Shown: positions 57,300-64,000 of the stretch, one piece after another
Layout: each line of letters starts with the position of its first letter
How positions within the stretch are numbered: the stretch's first letter is position 1
NCBI GenBank assembly: GCA_030704615.1
Contig: CM060731.1
Span: forward strand, 3,410,001 to 3,474,000
Length of the DNA: 64,000 nt
DNA from: Takakia lepidozioides
Lineage: Eukaryota > Plantae > Bryophyta
Direction of reading: 5' to 3'
Position numbers and translations under genes: made by a program
Notes under the pieces: generated by a model
Database searches by the model: none
What the model was told of the DNA's origin: nothing
The model's input: the letters and a program-made list of their open reading frames with translations, nothing else

Positions 57300-59600
57300 A
57301 ACCATGCCTTGCTGATGTTGTTGTCTTGCACTTGAGCTGTTTTTGGACACTGGCTGAACATCCACAAGGCGGCTCTGCTCGAGAGAGAAATCAGCTTGAA
57401 TGCAGGGGCAGATTTTGAGATCACAATCACCACTCAGAACGTTGTTCTTTGCACCGGCATGGCATGTCAGCATGCATATCAGCCCAAACTCATTATTCCG
57501 TGAGCCTTCCACTGCCGGAGTGTGCCCATTCAAGCCAAATCTTCGAAATGCAGGGATGGAACGAGGTTTTGAAACCAGCATTGCCCAACTGGATACCCAA
57601 TTCAGCTCCGCATCTTGGTCCATTAATCTGCTGCACATTGTGAAGTTTTCTGCCCGTTCACCGCAAGTTGAAGAAGGAGTATTCTTAAAACACGGGTACT
57701 CATAATCTGAAAATGGCTCTAGCTTATGTTGCTTGAGTGCGAATATGAGTGTGGTTGGCTTGGCACCTTTACATCTGGTCCATCCCACTCGATATGATGA
57801 GCAGGTTCAGTTTGACTTCTCTCACACAAAAGACGCTGCCAAGATGGGGTTTGTTGCCCTAGATGACTTCCTGTCATTGTTCTGGGCTGCAACATACAAT
57901 TAATCTGGCCCATGGCGAGGGGCCTTGCCTTCCACCAATCATCTGTAAGTCCTGTGAAACTGTTTTTGTGGCAGTTTGTAAGCAGTGGGCAGCGGGCTGT
58001 TGTAGGATTTGATGAACTCAATGTCGTATACTGACAGCAACCCCTCATCTCTTATGCAAGCATTCAACAAGCCAGGTTGACTGCAGAGCATATTCAGCCC
58101 CCCACGTTTCTAGTTGCCTAATGTTCTTCATCTCCTGGGCAGAGCATTTTCCAGGCTCTCCATCTGTGATGACACACTATCTTCTCATGTGGTTCAGCTT
58201 CTGGTCTTGCTCTTGTTTGCACCACCCCAATGAAGGGCAGTTCCCACCTGCTTGATTCTCTCCATATGGTTGTCTTGGCAGGGTTTCCCACAACCGCCTT
58301 TCCTTTTCAGACTGCCAGTCATCAGCCTCGTTCTCCAATGCTTCACTTTCTTCCCAAGTGAAGTGCTCTCCTCTTTTATGCTTCAACGTCCCTGCAGGTG
58401 TTTTTTCCTTCATCTCCCGTGGTGCTTTCAAATGAATGAGCACTGATTTGCATCTGTTGGCAACACTTACGGTGTCCCTTTCCTTGCATGCCACTGCAGG
58501 CCCGTCATTGACTTTCTTGGCAGGGAAGTCTCCTCCTTCTCCCTCATTTTCTGGCTTTGTTGGTGCCCCACTCACCATGCTATCAGGGCTGCATTTATTT
58601 CGTGTTGTTGCGCCAGCCAAGGGCGATCTTTCACTAGTCCGATTGTTGCAACAGCTGATTGGAGTCTTCTTGGCAGAGTCTCCCACGAGCTCCCATCAAT
58701 TTCAGGCATCAGGTTTTCTACCCTGCCCTTCACTTTTCATAAGCGAGGTGCCTGTCTTCCTCCCTTTCACTCTTCAGCCTCTCAGGCAGATTTTTCTTCA
58801 TGCGATTGTTGCTCCCATACTTCCAGTCCTTGTTTAATTTTCTCCAGCCATCACCCCTCAGATTTGACAAGGTATTGCTGCCCTTCCTTGTGTCTTTCCT
58901 CACTCCCAGCTGCTGGTTTTATCCCAGATTCACCTCTCATCCTTGCTGGGGTTTTGCTTGCCAAACAGCCCTTGTGTGGGGAACTTCAATGAAAGGCAAC
59001 ATCTCATTCTCAGCTCCTGTCTTTACCTCTTTGCAGCAGTCCAGCCTCGGATGCCTCACTTTCTGATTGCTAGGTTGCATTCTTCGACGCCAACCTTTGA
59101 CAAGAAAGTGTGCTCCATCTTCCTCATCTTCTACTGGTTCCCTTGATGCTTCACCTCGTATGTCTTCCTCCTCATGTTTTAGCAGCAGCTCCCATGCTTG
59201 AATTGCTACTTTTCCTCGTAGTTGATCTTGTGCTTTCCTTTTTCTCCGTAGCTTAATCAACTGTTTTGTCTTGGCAGCTCCTTGCCATGAGTGCCTTGTC
59301 TCACTGCATCTCCCTTGGCTGCCCACCATCCGTGGAGTCTTTCTTGCACCATCATTTTGACCCTCGTTGGCATGCACTTTGTTGTGATGCCCCACATGTA
59401 TTTGCTGCTCCCTTTAATCATCAACATAGTGCTCCAGAGCCAGTTCCTCATTGTTGACTAGTTGATCTTCTCAGCCCTTGGACCCCATTTTCCCTTCTCC
59501 CATGTTGCCTCGTCTTTCTGCTTCATCATTTGCTTTACTTGCACGATGTTGCTTCTTCCCTATACTCATCATGTGTTGTGGCTCTTTCCCATGTTACACT
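57300..59600 (-). pseudogene. Degenerate unidentified coding-like segment (Lys/Glu-rich) between PPR pieces
   Basis: Broken minus-strand ORFs 57294-57788, 58177-58686 and 58937-59395; purine-rich minus strand. Confidence 0.35.
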
Positions 59601-59924
59601 CACTCCCATCACACGTTGTGCAGTTGATAAGACTGAGATGAATTGATGCAGGATAGGGGGAGGGCTTGCTGGTGTATGTTGTCCGATAGGCCCCACGCAC
59701 AGAGTCAAAGCTGGAAGTCAGCCTTGCAAGGACCCAAGTGAGATAAGTCTGGTGGGGGTAGCATCTTGGGGGATGGTAGTTAGGGCAATGTGTATCTAGG
59801 GCAATATATGTCATAGCAGCGGGTGATGTGCTGCCAATTTTGAGGATAGAGACAGCCTGTAAGCTGTAGATTTGTATCAGTGGTTTCTTCTGACACATAT
59901 TGCTCCCAGTTTGCCACAACCAAT

Positions 59925-60070
59925 TTTGTTTTGTTTTGTAGTGCATGTGCGAGCCTGCTGGGAAGGGCAAAGAGGTCCATGGTTGCATCGTCAAAGCTGG
60001 AATTGTGGCAGATGTCATTTGAACAATACCCTTGTGGACAGGGAGTGTTCAACAATATGGCTGAGCGAAG
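59925..60070 (+). pseudogene. Further PPR fragment, near-identical to ~56995-57140
   Basis: gtagtgcatgtgcgagcctg..gggcaaagaggtccatggttgcatcgtcaaagctggaattg..ggagtgttcaacaatatggctgagc. Confidence 0.85.
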
Positions 60071-60089
60071 GATCGAGTGTAATGACTGC

Positions 60090-61170
60090 TAATGAAGGTA
60101 CCTTCTTCAATTTCACCTTGTTGTCCCCAGTTATCATAATCGCCCCTAATTATTTATGTCTGAATTCTGCAAGTTAGTTGGTTGAGTGAAGTTTTGATAG
60201 TTTGGAGTGACTTTGACATGATTCTGCCAATGTGACAACAGGAAAGTATCAGAAAATAGGTAAACACAGACGAGGAGAAGTTTGGAATGAATACTTTTCT
60301 GACCCCAGTCAATGGTGGGACAATCGAGGCAAGAAGGTGAATGTTTGTTGGATTATAGAGAGTAGCAGATGCAATTGAGCGTAGGAACTAGTGTGATAAG
60401 TTGAGTTGGGTGCTTCCTAGAACAAGTCTAGGCTGTCATCGTCAACTGCTAGCAACAAGGCAAGGTTGTATGCTTGATTCGTGCGAGGCATGGATAGCTA
60501 AAGGAGCAAGGATAGAGTGTGTGTGCAGATTCACCCAAGAGGGCCGGACTTCAAGCTCTAGATTAACTATGAAGCTACAAGAAACCTGCATGGGTAGATG
60601 GTCAACTGGCAGCATCGGCACATTGATAAATCAGACATTGTTAATGAAGGCATCTTCTTCAGCACATTTCACCCTATTTTTCCCTCTTATTAGAATCGGC
60701 CCAAAATTTCCATGTTGAATTCTGCAAGTTAGCTGGTTGAGTGAATCTAGTTTGGAGTGACTTTGACATGATACTGCTATGTGACAACAGGAAAGTATCA
60801 AAAAACAAGTAACAGACATGAGGAGAAGCTGTGGAGTGAATACTTTTCTGCCCCCAGTCAATGATGGGACAACCGAGGCAAAAATGTGAATGCCTGCTAC
60901 ATTTCAGAGAGTAGCAGACGCAATTGAGCATAGGAACTAGTGTGATAAGCTGAGTTGGATATTTCCTAGAACAAATGTAGGTTGTCATTGTCAGCTACTA
61001 GCAACAAGGCAAGGATGAATGCATGATTTGTGCAGGGGCATGGATAGCTGAAGGAGCAGGGATAGAGTGTGGTCCAGATTCATCCTAGAGGGCCAAATTT
61101 CAAGCACAAAATTATCTATGATTCCCTGTGGATCAATAACTACAAGAAACCTCCATGGGTAGATGGTCTA
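60090..61170 (+). repeat. ~550-bp tandem duplication inside the CACTA element
   Basis: gaattctgcaagttag.tggttgagtgaa at ~60162 and ~60717; ctacaagaaacct.catgggtagatggtc at ~60574 and ~61140. Confidence 0.85.
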
Positions 61171-62020
61171 TTCCGTGGAACTCACTGAAGTCTTGCATTA
61201 TGAGGATCAGAACTGCTTGACAGCTTACTTGCACGAGGCCTTGACCCTTAGGCAATCCCAGAGCAGCAGTAGCTTTTGGGCTGCTTTTTACTTTGTGTTT
61301 TTCATTTTGTCCATAAGCTCTTTGAGCTTTCCGCAGATGTAATAAAGTACCATTTTGTTTCATTTCATTCATTTTCATTTCATTTTGTTTCATGGCATGT
61401 CTTTCATCGTTTGTGCATTTCTAATGCATGATTAGTTCTCTTGTATGGCATTACTAGTCGACTCACTACAAACACCAAAACTCCAAAGCATGAATCACTA
61501 TGAATGATTGTTCAAGTAATTTTGAGCACTTCATGTAAGTAGTAAAGCAGTGGTTGCGCCAACTTCCGCAGTCGCAATTGCCACTTGGGCATGTAGCACT
61601 GCAAGTTATGTGGTCTACTACCACGTGGCGCCCCAGGCCCGTGGCCACGTGGCAGCAGTGCTGCTCGTTGTGGCGCCGCCACGTCGGCGTCCACATCGTC
61701 GTCCACGTCCGCGTCCATGTGTCACCGCGCTTCGGTGAGTCGGTCCACTCATCCGGAGGGAAAAGTCAAAGTCAGCCCAAAAGGTCAGACACACGGGCGG
61801 CCCGCCTGGTTACGCCACGTGGTTCTTTAGCATTAATCGCATTAATCGTTGAGCAGTTGTTCGCGCGTCTGCGTCCTTTACCACTCCAATCATTGGATGT
61901 CCAACCCAACTACCACGTCTGTTGTAACTTCCAGTCGATCCCAGTTTTTTGACTTTTACGACTCAAAATGAGTCGTTACCCCAGTGGTAAATGACACGAA
62001 TGCTTCTAGTGACGGCGCAG

Positions 62021-62200
62021 CACAGCCTATCACAGCCCATCACAGTGTGGCACAGCCCATCACAGCCCATCACAGCGTGACACAACCTATCACAATCTAC
62101 CACAGCGTGTCACAGGCTATCACAGCTTACCACAGTGCCACACAGCCTATCAGAGCGTACCACAGTATGACACAGCTTGTCACAGCTCAACACAGCCTAC
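62021..62200 (+). repeat. 10-bp CACAGCNNNN minisatellite with 30-bp higher-order period (18 units; 2.5 more at 55902-55925)
   Basis: cacagcctat cacagcccat cacagtgtgg cacagcccat ... Confidence 0.9.
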
Positions 62201-62489
62201 CAGGGTTACACAGTCCATAGGATCCGTGACAGGTGGACGTGGGTTAACATCCGGACAGTGGCCGGCGGAAAAATGGACGGAGGCACGTTTAGAAATGGAC
62301 ACGTGGACGCCAGAGAGAGACACACAACCGGACATGGATTGCAAAGGCAAGTGTCATCAAGGAAGAAGACAAAATTGGCCGTCAAAGTACCTACCCGGCA
62401 CATTAACTTATTATGGGCCCATTCTCACGGACAAGCGAGCAGTATTTTGATGTTATGAAGAACTACACGATTTGATGGATTGCAGTCGC

Positions 62490-62983
62490 GAAATTTTTTT
62501 GTTGGTCTCATTAATGAAGTGACTTCCCTGATCACTGATAAATTCCAAGGGACAGCCAAATCGTGTAAGTATGTTCTCATACAGGAACCTTGTTGTGGAC
62601 TTGGCTGTGTTGTCCCTCAAAGCTTTAGCTTCCACCCACTTCGTAGTATAATCAGTGGCTGTAATTATGTACCTGTTCTGTGTATTCTTGGCTAGTGGGT
62701 TAATTGGTCCAACAAAGTCTAGTCCCCATTTCTGAAATGGTTCCGTAGGCATTGTAGGATGCAAAGCCATCTTCCCAGATCTCTGCAAAGGTCCTAGCCT
62801 CTGACATTCATCACAACTCTGACAATACTTGTGTACATCTTTGAACAAAGTAGGCCACCAGTAACCTGCCAGTAGTATCTTCATACTGGTAGTCTCTTCT
62901 CCAAAATGACCTCCAACCACTCCTTTATGAACTTCCTCCAAAACTTTATTTACTTCATGGTGGTACAAGCATCGCTTCAGCAT
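62490..62983 (-). mobile_element. Ty3/gypsy integrase N-terminal half (HHCC zinc finger and first part of the catalytic core)
   Basis: EVHKGVVGGHFG..GYWWPTL..CQSCDECQR..PFQKWGLDFVGP..TDYTTKWVEA..RFGCPLEFISDQGSHF. Confidence 0.92.
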
Positions 62984-63519
62984 ATGGTGTTGTTCAAGGT
63001 GGGGGTGTCATGATGCAAGGGCCCTCTAGTATGTCTGCTATTCCGCCTCCTGCCATAGCTGGCCAATCTATGGGGGCTCTCCCTGCTGCACAGGCTGGGG
63101 TGCCACCACATCTTGTCTCTAGCCAGTCCGTGGGTATGCATGCTAGCAATATCCCTCTTAGCAGTATCAGATCTGTGTCAACACAACCGGTGGGAGTGGC
63201 ATCCACTCTTCCCATGAGTGACATGCCACAAACCCACTTGCAGTCTACTAACCCTGCTGCTTAGCCAAGTGTGGCAATACCCGCTCTTCCCATGGGCACG
63301 GTGGCGTCACGTCTGTCAGCCTCAACTACTACAGGATCAGTCAGTAATAATAGTGTGAGTTATAATTCTGCATCTAATGTTGGATATGTGCATGGTAATG
63401 TTGCTCCCATAGTTTCCTGTTGCCCTGCTCATGGGTCTGTCCTCCCTGGTCATATCAACCATAGCCTGCCTTGTCATCTGATCCCCCAGCTGACCACTCA
63501 ACCTTACCCAGAACAACGA

Positions 63520-63720
63520 CGCAATGGCGTGAAGCGTGAACCGCGCGAGCGTACGACACCGCGTGAAGTGAGCGCGCGAGCGTACGCTCACGGAGTGAAG
63601 CGTACGCTCACGCTGACGTGCGTGAGACACCCGCTGACGTGGCGTGAGCGTCATGTCAGCATGCTGATGTGGCGGTAAATGATGACGTGGCACTGTCCGT
63701 CATCTGCCACGTCAGCATTA
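63520..63720. repeat. CG/ACGT-rich short direct and inverted repeats
   Basis: gcgcgagcgtacg x2, gagcgtacgctc palindrome, gctgacgtgg ... ccacgtcagc. Confidence 0.55.
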
Positions 63721-64000
63721 ACATGCGCCGCCTAAAAATAACCGTGGATGGTCCTATGACCGTGGAATTAATGCAGGGAATCTTGCCTAAATAGAATCAA
63801 GACGAGCGTTGAGGCCTACAATTGCAGCATCCAACATTGTGCAATTACAAATGCTTGTTTCACTTTTACAATTACGAGGACGAAAAAATATCCTCACAAA
63901 GTGTGCGCCATAAAGGCTGCCACGGGAAGACCTTCCTCCCTCCTCAAATAACAATGAGAGTTAGGATCATCTTCAAAAGATGATTGTAAGTGCATCAAAA

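Larger units (their letters stand above)
55926..62011. mobile_element. Non-autonomous CACTA (EnSpm) element carrying captured gene fragments (Pack-CACTA-like)
   Basis: Perfect 18-bp TIRs CACTAGAAGCATTCGTGT (55926-55943) and ACACGAATGCTTCTAGTG (61994-62011); 3-bp TSD ACG on both sides; interrupts a CACAGC minisatellite that rejoins in register; no transposase ORF recognised. Confidence 0.9.

Noticed and set aside
61984-62220. ORF with AQPITAHHSV repeats
   Set aside because: It is a translation of the minisatellite and begins inside the CACTA terminus.

Overview
Eukaryotic, intron-rich plant nuclear DNA, probably from a non-seed land plant (inferred from PLS-class PPR fragments and the splice-site style). 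The first ~40 kb holds five spliced host genes: a MIT-domain spastin-like AAA ATPase (+, apparently missing one conserved exon), an MPPE1/Cdc1-like metallophosphoesterase (-, 13 exons), cytochrome c (+), a fibrillin-like putative plastid protein (+) and non-phosphorylating GAPDH, GAPN/ALDH11 (+). The metallophosphoesterase introns carry stacked RTE/RTEX-like LINE fragments and a 387-bp TRIM whose LTRs each contain a tRNA-like cloverleaf, with one LTR inverted. The last ~22 kb is repeat-rich: a near-full-length L1 LINE; an unclassified ~2.9-kb cassette of two convergent NLS-bearing ORFs between two arrays of palindromic repeats; a 6.1-kb non-autonomous CACTA element (18-bp TIRs, ACG TSD) carrying PPR gene fragments; and two complementary halves of a Ty3/gypsy integrase in opposite orientation. 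All exon coordinates were read by eye and no searches were run.
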